From the NCBI GenBank assembly GCA_030649775.1, contig JAUSFR010000077.1, positions 1 to 42,307 of the forward strand: a stretch of 42,307 nucleotides of DNA, given 5' to 3'. Shown here in pieces: positions 15,078 to 22,323 of the stretch. The stretch comes from a bacterium (GTDB lineage: Bacteria; Patescibacteriota; Minisyncoccia; Phycocordibacterales; UBA10002). Positions within the stretch are counted from its first letter, which is position 1. Each line of letters starts with the position of its first letter. The notes beneath the pieces were generated by a model that did no database searches, was not told the DNA's origin, and saw nothing but the letters and a program-made list of their open reading frames with translations. A program made the translations under genes and the position numbers.

Positions 15078-15144
15078 AGGCACTAGGCACTAGGCTTTAG
15101 GCTCTAGGTTTTTCCCTAGTGCCTAGTGCCTAACCCCTAGTGCC
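15078..15144. repeat. CTAG-type heptamer hairpin element
   Basis: AGGCACT AGGCACT AGGCTTT AGGCTCT AGG - TTTTT - CCCTAGTG CCTAGTG CCTAACC CCTAGTG CC. The arms are complementary. Confidence 0.85.
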
Positions 15145-15154
15145 TTTTCTATTT

Positions 15155-16117
15155 ATGGATTTAGACAAGTACAAGGCGAACCACAAAACCGCGTATCTCG
15201 CGGAGAGCTTTGAGCGACTACTTAAAGAAGAGGAGGAGATTAAAGGTCTTCTTACGAGCGACCCCTCTATGGGCGAGCTTGCCAAAAAAGAGCTCTCCGA
15301 TTTGGAGGCACAGAAGAATACGCTCCGCGCTCAGATGGATGGACTTCTGAAGGAAGGGGAAGAAGAGGAAGCCTTTCCGAATGAACTCGTGCTTGAAGTG
15401 CGAGCAGGCGTGGGAGGCGAAGAGGCCGCCCTTTTCGCGCATAAACTCGCGGATATGTATAAAGCGTACGCGCAGAAAAAAGGATGGTCCTTTATCACGG
15501 TGGACGAATCAACCACCTCCATCGGCGGGTATAAGGAGGCGTCGTTTGAAATAGGCGGAAAAGGGGTCTATAAAATCCTCCGTTTTGAAACCGGCGTGCA
15601 CCGTATTCAGCGCGTACCCGACACCGAAAAATCGGGGCGTGTGCATACGTCAACCGCATCGGTTGCTATTCTCCCTATCCGCAAGAAGACGAATATGGAA
15701 GTGCCTCCGTCGGACATTGAGATTGAATTCTCCCGTTCGGGTGGCGCGGGAGGACAGAATGTCAATAAGGTTGAGACCGCCGTGCGTCTCACGCATAAAC
15801 CGACGGGTATCGTCGTGCGGTGTACCTCGGAGCGAAGCCAGGGGAGAAACAGGGAAAAGGCCATGGGCATTCTACTCTCCAAGTTACAGCAGATGAAAGA
15901 AGCGGACGACGCCAAACAGTATGCTGGCGCGCGTAAGGAGCAGATTGGCACGGCGGACCGCTCGGAAAAAATTCGCACCTATAACATCCTGCAGGACCGC
16001 ATCACCGACCATCGAATCAAGGAATCATGGCACAATATTCCGGCGATATTTGAAGGAAATCTTGACCCGATATTGGAAGCACTGGAAACTGCCTCGGATG
16101 CCGAGAAGAAAGCCTAA
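15155..16117 (+). CDS. prfA: peptide chain release factor 1
   Basis: 320 aa from MDLDKYK; the track start GTG 15140 lies inside the repeat. RF1-type P-x-T context [15 protein letters not shown] and GGQ motif [11 protein letters not shown]. No SPF motif. Confidence 0.9.
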   Translation: MDLDKYKANHKTAYLAESFERLLKEEEEIKGLLTSDPSMGELAKKELSDLEAQKNTLRAQMDGLLKEGEEEEAFPNELVLEVRAGVGGEEAALFAHKLADMYKAYAQKKGWSFITVDESTTSIGGYKEASFEIGGKGVYKILRFETGVHRIQRVPDTEKSGRVHTSTASVAILPIRKKTNMEVPPSDIEIEFSRSGGAGGQNVNKVETAVRLTHKPTGIVVRCTSERSQGRNREKAMGILLSKLQQMKEADDAKQYAGARKEQIGTADRSEKIRTYNILQDRITDHRIKESWHNIPAIFEGNLDPILEALETASDAEKKA

Positions 16118-16121
16118 GGTT

Positions 16122-16245
16122 GGAAATCTAAACTCTAAACAAAGCACAAAGATCAAAAAGGCTCAAATTCAATGAACAGGTTTCGTGTTTGTTTCTTTGG
16201 GATTTTGCCTTTGTTTAGATTTTAGAATTTAGTATTTAGGTTTTT
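16122..16245. repeat. A/T-rich heptamer hairpin spacer
   Basis: The left arm is TAAACTC TAAACAA AGCACAA AGATCAA. The right arm is TTAGATT TTAGAAT TTAGTAT TTAGGTT. AAATCTAAACTCTAAACAAAGC is largely complementary to CCTTTGTTTAGATTTTAGAATTT. Confidence 0.7.
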
Positions 16246-16290
16246 CTCAAGAGTTGCGCCCTAACCGCATTTCTGCTAAGCTTTCACTCC

Positions 16291-17019
16291 ATGACTGAAG
16301 CCAAAGTAACAACGAGCGACCCCATCATTGACGCCCTGTTTAGCTCGGGAGCGCATTTCGGCTACCGCCGTTCCAAACGCCACCCGACGACTACCCCCTT
16401 TATTTTCGGTGCCAAGAGCGGAGTGGAGATTTTTGACCTTGAAAAGACCAAAACCTCGCTCCAGAAGGTGGAGGAATTCGTACGAAATCTTTCAAAAGAG
16501 GGTAAAACACTTCTCATCGTGGGGGGCAAAAATGAAGCTCGGGAGGCGGTAAAAGCGGTTGCGACACGACTTTCCATGCCTGCGGTTTTCGGACGTTGGA
16601 TTGGAGGGACGCTCACCAATTTCGCGAATATTCGCGCGCGTATCGATAAAATGCTTGACCTCATTTCAAAGAGGGAGAAAGGGGAGCTCGCGAAATACAC
16701 CAAGAAAGAGCGCTTACTCATTGACCGCGAGGTACTCAAACTTCAGGAAATGTTCGGAGGTCTCGTACCGCTTAAGGGTATGCCGGGAGCGATGCTCGTC
16801 ATTGATTCGGGCAAGGAGAGTATTGCCGTGACCGAAGCGAAGAAAGAAGGCGTTCCGGTTATCGCGCTCGCGAGTTCCGATTGTGACTTCTCAAAGGTTG
16901 ACTATGTCATTCCGGGTAACGATGCGTCTCGCGCAAGCATCGCCTACTTTATAGACCGTATCGCTTCCGCGTACGAGGGAGGAAAATCCAATAACCAAGA
17001 AACAAGCTCCAAACAATAA
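16291..17019 (+). CDS. rpsB: 30S ribosomal protein S2
   Basis: 242 aa. GAHFGYRRSKRHP, IFDLEKT and VIALASSDCD patterns. The C-terminal codons are built from heptamer repeats. Confidence 0.93.
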   Translation: MTEAKVTTSDPIIDALFSSGAHFGYRRSKRHPTTTPFIFGAKSGVEIFDLEKTKTSLQKVEEFVRNLSKEGKTLLIVGGKNEAREAVKAVATRLSMPAVFGRWIGGTLTNFANIRARIDKMLDLISKREKGELAKYTKKERLLIDREVLKLQEMFGGLVPLKGMPGAMLVIDSGKESIAVTEAKKEGVPVIALASSDCDFSKVDYVIPGNDASRASIAYFIDRIASAYEGGKSNNQETSSKQ

Positions 17020-17105
17020 TCAATATCCAATTCCTGAAATCTCTATATTGAGTTTTGAGTGATTGGAATTTGTTTGGTTATTGTATCTTGGTGTTTGGTT
17101 ATTTT
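16985..17105. repeat. heptamer hairpin spacer (CCAATAA / TGGTTAT type)
   Basis: The left arm is CCAATAA CCAAGAA ACAAGCT CCAAACA ATAATCA. The right arm is TGGTTAT TGTATCT TGGTGTT TGGTTAT. CCAATAACCAA (16988-98) pairs with TTGGTTATTG (17074-83). Confidence 0.7.
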
Positions 17106-17133
17106 ATTTGGTACAATTCTCTAAACAAAGAAT

Positions 17134-17760
17134 ATGAGTACAGAAATCACAACGGAGCTCATTAAGCAACTTAGAGACCAAACAGGGGTTTCGGTTATGC
17201 TCTGTCGTAAGGCGCTTGAAGAAGCGAAGGGAGATTTGGAAAAGGCTAAAGTCATCCTTCAGCGAAAAGGGGCGGATGCAGCCGCCAAGAAAGCCGACCG
17301 AACACTTGGTGCGGGTACCATCGCGTCCTATATTCACTTCGGTGGTACGGTGGGCGTGCTCGTGGAGCTCTCTTCGGAGACCGACTTCGTCTCGGGAAAC
17401 GAGGCATTCAAGGCGCTTGCGTACGACATCGCTATGCACATTGCCGCTTCCAAACCGGAGTTTGTGCGTCGGGAGGACATCAGTGCCGAGACACTTGAGC
17501 GAGCTAAAGAAGTACTCTTGAAGGAAGTTGAAGGCCTGCCTGTGCGGGGCACGCAGACAGGCAAACCAAAGGAAATGCAGGAAAAGATTTTGGAAGGGAA
17601 GCTCAATTCCTATTTTGCCGAGAAAATTCTTCTTGAACAGCCGTTTATCAAGAATCCCGACCTCACGGTTCAAGGTCTTATCGCAAGCGCGGTGCAGAAA
17701 TTCGGAGAGAAGATTGAAGTCACCCGGTTTGCGCGGTTTGCCTCGGGTAATCGGTCCTAA
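17134..17760 (+). CDS. tsf: elongation factor Ts (short form)
   Basis: 208 aa. UBA-like N-terminus LIKQLRDQTGVSVMLCRKALEEAKGDLEKA. Confidence 0.9.
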   Translation: MSTEITTELIKQLRDQTGVSVMLCRKALEEAKGDLEKAKVILQRKGADAAAKKADRTLGAGTIASYIHFGGTVGVLVELSSETDFVSGNEAFKALAYDIAMHIAASKPEFVRREDISAETLERAKEVLLKEVEGLPVRGTQTGKPKEMQEKILEGKLNSYFAEKILLEQPFIKNPDLTVQGLIASAVQKFGEKIEVTRFARFASGNRS

Positions 17761-17767
17761 ATAATCT

Positions 17768-18163
17768 ATGTGGTCCATCGCCATATTCGGGGTATCACTC
17801 TTTGGCCTTTCGGCACTGTTTGCCTTTAAGGTGCTTGAGATGACGCGTGACACACAAACACCGCTTCACCACCTTCGGCGCGCCAGCGACCCGCTCATTA
17901 AGAACGGTTGGGAGAAGTGTGTCGGTACCTGCCGGAAATACTCGGTTACCGCTTCGCGCCTGTCCGCTGTGTGGATAAAGACGACGATACATAACGCGCA
18001 CCTCTCGTTTGACCGCTCTTTGCATGCACTCGTGCTTCGGCTCAACCGCTACTTGCGCGGACGACGTACACAGGTGCGTCAAGGCACTACGGATGTGTCA
18101 GTGCATCTCAAGAGTGTGCTTGAGAAGACCGAAGGAGATTCGTCACGCCCCGACTCATTTTAG
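17768..18163 (+). CDS. hypothetical protein with an N-terminal TM segment
   Basis: 131 aa. One N-terminal hydrophobic helix, then a basic region with no recognisable family. Confidence 0.45.
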   Translation: MWSIAIFGVSLFGLSALFAFKVLEMTRDTQTPLHHLRRASDPLIKNGWEKCVGTCRKYSVTASRLSAVWIKTTIHNAHLSFDRSLHALVLRLNRYLRGRRTQVRQGTTDVSVHLKSVLEKTEGDSSRPDSF

Positions 18164-18202
18164 TTTTGACAGGCTTCCTTCCGTCTTATACTCTTGAGCT
18201 GT

Positions 18203-18403
18203 GCCGCCTTAGCTCAGCTAGTACTCGCCCGAACGACTGAAACATATGCCGGTGTAGCTCAGTTGGTAGAGCGCCACTTTTGTAAAGTGGATGTCGTCAG
18301 TTCGAGCCTGACCACCGGCTTTTCATAGGAATCGTTCAGTCGGGCGGGGAGCAACGCATTTGTAATGCGTGGGTCCCCAGTGCAAATCTGGGAGGCGGCT
18401 CCA
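18203..18403 (+). tRNA. tRNA-Thr(UGU)-like gene interrupted in the D-loop by a 125-nt insert (function unknown; possibly a pseudogene or a split tRNA)
   Basis: Acceptor GCCGCCT/AGGCGGC, D-stem GCTC (18212-15) / GAGC (18349-52), anticodon arm ACGCA-TTTGTAA-TGCGT, T-arm CCCAG-TGCAAAT-CTGGG, discriminator T, and CCA encoded. The D-loop (A at position 18) and T-loop (G at position 55) are atypical. Confidence 0.5.
18248..18320 (+). tRNA. tRNA-Thr (anticodon UGU)
   Basis: Canonical 73-nt cloverleaf: GCCGGTG-TA-GCTC-AGTTGGTA-GAGC-G-CCACT-TTTGTAA-AGTGG-ATGTC-GTCAG-TTCGAGC-CTGAC-CACCGGC-T. CCA is not encoded. Confidence 0.88.
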
Positions 18404-18419
18404 TTCAAATTTCTTTGTC

Positions 18420-18439
18420 ATTCCCGCGAAAGCGGGAAT
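18420..18439 (+). terminator. hairpin ATTCCCGC-GAAA-GCGGGAAT after the tRNA locus
   Basis: Perfect 8-bp stem with a GNRA loop and no T-tract. Confidence 0.4.
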
Positions 18440-18492
18440 CCAGTTCTGCAGTGCCGTTCCAAAGAACAATCTTTTGTGCTTAAATAGAGCGC

Positions 18493-19254
18493 ATGGAACG
18501 TAAAGAAACACAGGGACACCTCCACCCCATCTCGCAGGCAATTTTTGATATACGCTCCATTTTTGAGGAGCTCGGCTTCGCGATTGCGGTTGGTCCCGAA
18601 CTTGAAACCGAATGGTACAACTTTGACGCGCTCAATATCCCAAGCGACCATCCTGCACGGGATATGCAGGATACATTCTGGCTGAAACATCCAGAAAGTG
18701 GATTCAAGATTCAAGATTCAAGATTCAGGATGGAGAGAAGTGAGAGACCGGTGCTACGCACGCACACGAGCCCCGTGCAGATACGGTATGTTGAAAACAA
18801 AGTGAAGCTGGGCATTAACCCCCCATACAAAATCGTGGTACCGGGAAAGGTGTTCAGGAACGAAGCCACCGATGCGACACACGAAGCGCAGTTCTTTCAG
18901 CTTGAAGGTTTATATATTGATAAAAACGTAAGTCTTGCGCACCTCAAGGGCACGCTGGAATTCTTTTTGAAGAAGTTTTTCGGTCCAGAAATTGAAATAC
19001 GTTTCCGCCCCAGTTTCTTTGCCTTTACCGAACCCTCCGCCGAAGTGGATATGAAATGGAAAGGCAAATGGCTGGAGGTTCTCGGCTCCGGTCTTATGCA
19101 CCCCAATATCCTTCGCGCTTCAGGCGTTGACCCCAACGAGTATTCTGGCTTCGCGTTCGGATGTGGCATAGACCGCCTCGTCATGCTCAAAACCGGCATC
19201 CCCGACATTCGGATGTTTTACAACGGAGATTTACGTTTAGTGAATCAGTTCTAA
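18493..19254 (+). CDS. pheS: phenylalanine--tRNA ligase alpha subunit (lacks the usual N-terminal domain)
   Basis: 253 aa. HPISQ..., PSDHPARDMQDTFW, LRTHTSPVQIRY and class II motifs. An in-frame stop at 18481-83 excludes a longer N-terminus. Confidence 0.9.
   Translation: MERKETQGHLHPISQAIFDIRSIFEELGFAIAVGPELETEWYNFDALNIPSDHPARDMQDTFWLKHPESGFKIQDSRFRMERSERPVLRTHTSPVQIRYVENKVKLGINPPYKIVVPGKVFRNEATDATHEAQFFQLEGLYIDKNVSLAHLKGTLEFFLKKFFGPEIEIRFRPSFFAFTEPSAEVDMKWKGKWLEVLGSGLMHPNILRASGVDPNEYSGFAFGCGIDRLVMLKTGIPDIRMFYNGDLRLVNQF
18701..18728 (+). repeat. tandem heptamers GATTCAA x3 + GATTCAG inside pheS
   Basis: Read directly from the sequence. Encodes part of SGFKIQDSRFR. Confidence 0.9.
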
Positions 19255-19286
19255 TTATCCACAACCACTTGTTTTGACTAAGAAAT

Positions 19287-19694
19287 ATGATTTCAACAAG
19301 ACTCAAAAATATTTTTATACTTTCGGTCCCTGTATTTATCGCGCATGGCCTGGAAGAGTATTTTGCAGGTTTCTATGCTGTAGATTCTCATGTTGATTTT
19401 ATGTTTAGATATTTTTATACACTACCAACTCCGCAGGCCATATTTCTTCTTTTTCAGATTATGCTCTGGGTTACTCTTATAATCGCTGCACTTCTAATTT
19501 CCGGTGAGAAGTGGCAATTGCGCTTGCTGGTAATTCCAGGATTGGTCTATATCTATGAACTCCATCATTTCCTGAAGGCGTTAGTGGTAGGCGGTTATTA
19601 TCCGGGTTTAGTAACAGCAGTCGCATTTCCAATAATAGGGGTTCTCTTTTGGAAAGAGCTGATAAAAGAGGTTAAGACTTCTAAAACGGCATGA
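19287..19694 (+). CDS. HXXEE-domain membrane protein
   Basis: 135 aa. AHGLEEY motif in the first TM region. AT-rich. Its stop overlaps the pheT start (ATGA). Confidence 0.65.
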   Translation: MISTRLKNIFILSVPVFIAHGLEEYFAGFYAVDSHVDFMFRYFYTLPTPQAIFLLFQIMLWVTLIIAALLISGEKWQLRLLVIPGLVYIYELHHFLKALVVGGYYPGLVTAVAFPIIGVLFWKELIKEVKTSKTA

Positions 19695-21598
19695 AAATTT
19701 CCTACAACTGGCTACAAGCCTATTTTGAAGAAAAACTTCCCGAGCCGGAGAAGCTGGCGGAGCGTATTACCTTTTCCTTTGCTGAAGTTGAAGGCGTTGA
19801 AAAGAAAGGAGATGACACCATCTTGGATATCAAGGTGCTTCCCGACCGTGCGTGCTACGCGCTCTCGCACCGAGGTGTGGCGTATGAGGTGTCGGCCATA
19901 CTTGGTATTCCGCAAAAGAATATTACCTATCCAGCGCCAGAGGTGAAGCCTGCACGAGCGCTTAAGGTATCTGTTGAGGCACCGGAGCTCTGTAGCCGAT
20001 ATATGGTGCGCGTGGTTGAGAATATAACCGCAAAGGATCAAACTTGGGTCAAAATGCATCTTGAGTCTATCGGACAGCGCAGTATCAACCCCGTCGTAGA
20101 CGGAGCGAACCTCGTGATGTTTGACCGAGGACAGCCACTTCACGCGTTTGATGCGGACAAGGTGACGGGAGGCATTACCGTACGGCGTGCTCGTGCAGGC
20201 GAAAAAATCACCACACTTGATAATCGTGAGGTGGTACTTGATGATTCGGTACTTCTCATTGCCGACGACGAAGGACCGCTCGCGATTGCGGGTATCAAGG
20301 GCGGAAAGAAAGCGGAGGTTACCTCGGCTACCAAAAATCTCATTCTTGAATCGGCGAGCTTTGACGCTTCATATATCCGCAAGACCTCCGAGCGTATCTG
20401 TATCCGCACGGACGCTTCCAAGCGATACGAGAACAGGCTCTCACCCTCACTTGCGGAGAAAGGAATGGACGACTTCAGCGCCTATCTTTTTGAGATGGAT
20501 AAGAATATTTGCGCGGGGGAAATTATAGACGTTTATCCGCATCCGATTGTTGATAAAAAACTCACGGTTAGCCCTGAGTACATTATTGGCAGACTCGGTA
20601 CTGCCGTGAGCCTCCAGACGATTGAGGAAGTCCTTGGTAAGCTCCTTATTTCCGTGGAGAAGAAGGGAAGCGAGTGGACACTTACCATTCCCGCATTCCG
20701 CGTTGACCTCACAATTCCTGAAGATATCACCGAAGAAGTCGCCCGCATTATCGGCTACGACAAGATACCCGCTACCATTCCGCCTGACACGGGGAAACCT
20801 GCCGAAATCCCGAAATCATTTTACTACGAGTGGAAAATCCGCGAAATTTTGGTACACGCAGGCTTTTCGGAAATACAAACATCTTCTTTTTCCGATGTGG
20901 GAGACGTCGCTATCCTAAAACCCCTTGCTGAGGACAAGAAATTCGCTCGGGTGAATTTGCGTGGTAATTTTGAGAAAGCACTCAAGATGAATGCGCTCAG
21001 TGCTCCGTTACTCGGCACATCCGAAACGCGTATCTTTGAAATTGGACGCGTCTTTCCCGCCTTCGCCGAGGCTTCGGCGGGCAAGCCTAAGAGTGGGGAA
21101 GTCACTGCACTTGCGATAGGGTACGGCGGACCGAAGAAGAAGGTTGCGAGCGAACTTACCGCGATAGCTCAAACTCTCGGCAAGGAACTTGGGGTAACAT
21201 TTGTGGGAGAAACAAAAGACGGAGTGTTTGAATGTGCCTTGAGCTCGGTATTTGAGAAGTTCGCTGAACCGAAAAAATGGGATATTTCTAATGCCAACTC
21301 ACACAACGAAAAATTCACTTCCTTTTCGCTCTATCCATTTATTGTCCGCGACGTTGCCCTGTTCGTTTCGCCGGATACCACCGCAGAGTCGGTCGCAAAA
21401 ATCATTAAAGAAAATGCGGGCGAGCTTGTCGTTCGTGGTCCGGAGCTCTTCGACGAGTTTTCCAAGGACGGCAGAAAATCTCTCGCGTTCCGCATGGTCT
21501 TTCAATCTTTTGACCGAACCCTCTCCGACGACGAGATAAACGCGGTTATGGAAAAGGTCTACACTGCCCTCACATCAAACGGTTGGGAAGTCCGCTAG
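19691..21598 (+). CDS. pheT: phenylalanine--tRNA ligase beta subunit (short form)
   Basis: 635 aa. B3/B4 region INPVVDGANLVMFDRGQPLHAFD, B5, and a C-terminal FDX-ACB-like SLAFRMVFQSFDRTLSDDEIN. Confidence 0.9.
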   Translation: MKISYNWLQAYFEEKLPEPEKLAERITFSFAEVEGVEKKGDDTILDIKVLPDRACYALSHRGVAYEVSAILGIPQKNITYPAPEVKPARALKVSVEAPELCSRYMVRVVENITAKDQTWVKMHLESIGQRSINPVVDGANLVMFDRGQPLHAFDADKVTGGITVRRARAGEKITTLDNREVVLDDSVLLIADDEGPLAIAGIKGGKKAEVTSATKNLILESASFDASYIRKTSERICIRTDASKRYENRLSPSLAEKGMDDFSAYLFEMDKNICAGEIIDVYPHPIVDKKLTVSPEYIIGRLGTAVSLQTIEEVLGKLLISVEKKGSEWTLTIPAFRVDLTIPEDITEEVARIIGYDKIPATIPPDTGKPAEIPKSFYYEWKIREILVHAGFSEIQTSSFSDVGDVAILKPLAEDKKFARVNLRGNFEKALKMNALSAPLLGTSETRIFEIGRVFPAFAEASAGKPKSGEVTALAIGYGGPKKKVASELTAIAQTLGKELGVTFVGETKDGVFECALSSVFEKFAEPKKWDISNANSHNEKFTSFSLYPFIVRDVALFVSPDTTAESVAKIIKENAGELVVRGPELFDEFSKDGRKSLAFRMVFQSFDRTLSDDEINAVMEKVYTALTSNGWEVR

Positions 21599-21663
21599 TT
21601 ATGGAACTTCCTAATACTCTCTAAGTGTATGCATGTGTATACTCGGGAACAACCTAATGTTGA

Positions 21664-21699
21664 ATTACCACATATCAGCGACCGCTGATATGTGGTAAT
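21664..21699. repeat. 36-nt palindrome ATTACCACATATCAGCG-AC-CGCTGATATGTGGTAAT (upstream copy)
   Basis: Perfect 17-bp arms. Ends 8 nt before the ATG at 21708. Confidence 0.9.
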
Positions 21700-21707
21700 A
21701 TTAAAAG

Positions 21708-22307
21708 ATGCGAGCAAGTCAGGTTAGGGGACTAAAGAAGAAAAAAGAACGGAAGAATCGAATTGCCGTAGTGCAAAAAGCAGTACTCTATGCGCTTGTA
21801 GCGGCAGGAGGACTTTCTATGGCTCTGGTCGCACCTAATGCCTTGCGGGTTCTAGAGCAGTTTGGATGGGTGAAGACGAAACGTCCTTTTCGCTTTACCG
21901 TTAGTCGTTCAGTAGAGCGGTTGGAGAAGGCGAGGCTTGTTACTGTGGATAAGAAAGGCTTTATTACATTAACCAAAATCGGTGAGCAGAGGATTTCAGA
22001 AATAGAACGCGCGGATTACCAGCTTTCTATTCCCGAAAAGTGGGATGGAAAGTGGAGGGTAGTCAGTTTTGATATAAAGGAGAAAAGAAAGAAAGTTCGA
22101 GAGTTACTTAGATGGACGCTTCAGAGTGTTGGGTTTGTACATCTCCATCATAGTGTCTGGGTATATCCTCACGACTGCGAAGATTTTCTTTCGCTTCTCA
22201 AGGCGGACTATCATATTGGTGTAGAGATTCTGTACATCATCGCTGAATACATAGAAAATGACGATTGGCTCCGTAGACATTTCGGCCTGAGTGGCAAGAA
22301 GGTCTAA
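21708..22307 (+). CDS. wHTH + PaaX-middle/Cas2-like domain protein (putative DNA-binding regulator or nuclease)
   Basis: 199 aa. Basic N-terminus and wHTH-like region, then WDGKWRVVSFDIKEKRKKVRELLRWTLQSVGFVHLHHSVWVYP (beta-alpha-beta with an Asp after strand 1). Paralog of 34500-35108. Confidence 0.6.
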   Translation: MRASQVRGLKKKKERKNRIAVVQKAVLYALVAAGGLSMALVAPNALRVLEQFGWVKTKRPFRFTVSRSVERLEKARLVTVDKKGFITLTKIGEQRISEIERADYQLSIPEKWDGKWRVVSFDIKEKRKKVRELLRWTLQSVGFVHLHHSVWVYPHDCEDFLSLLKADYHIGVEILYIIAEYIENDDWLRRHFGLSGKKV

Positions 22308-22323
22308 AGGGATACTAGAACGT

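Noticed and set aside
17104-17853. 249-aa minus-strand ORF
   Set aside because: It is antisense to tsf and to the following gene. The plus-strand product is a clear EF-Ts.
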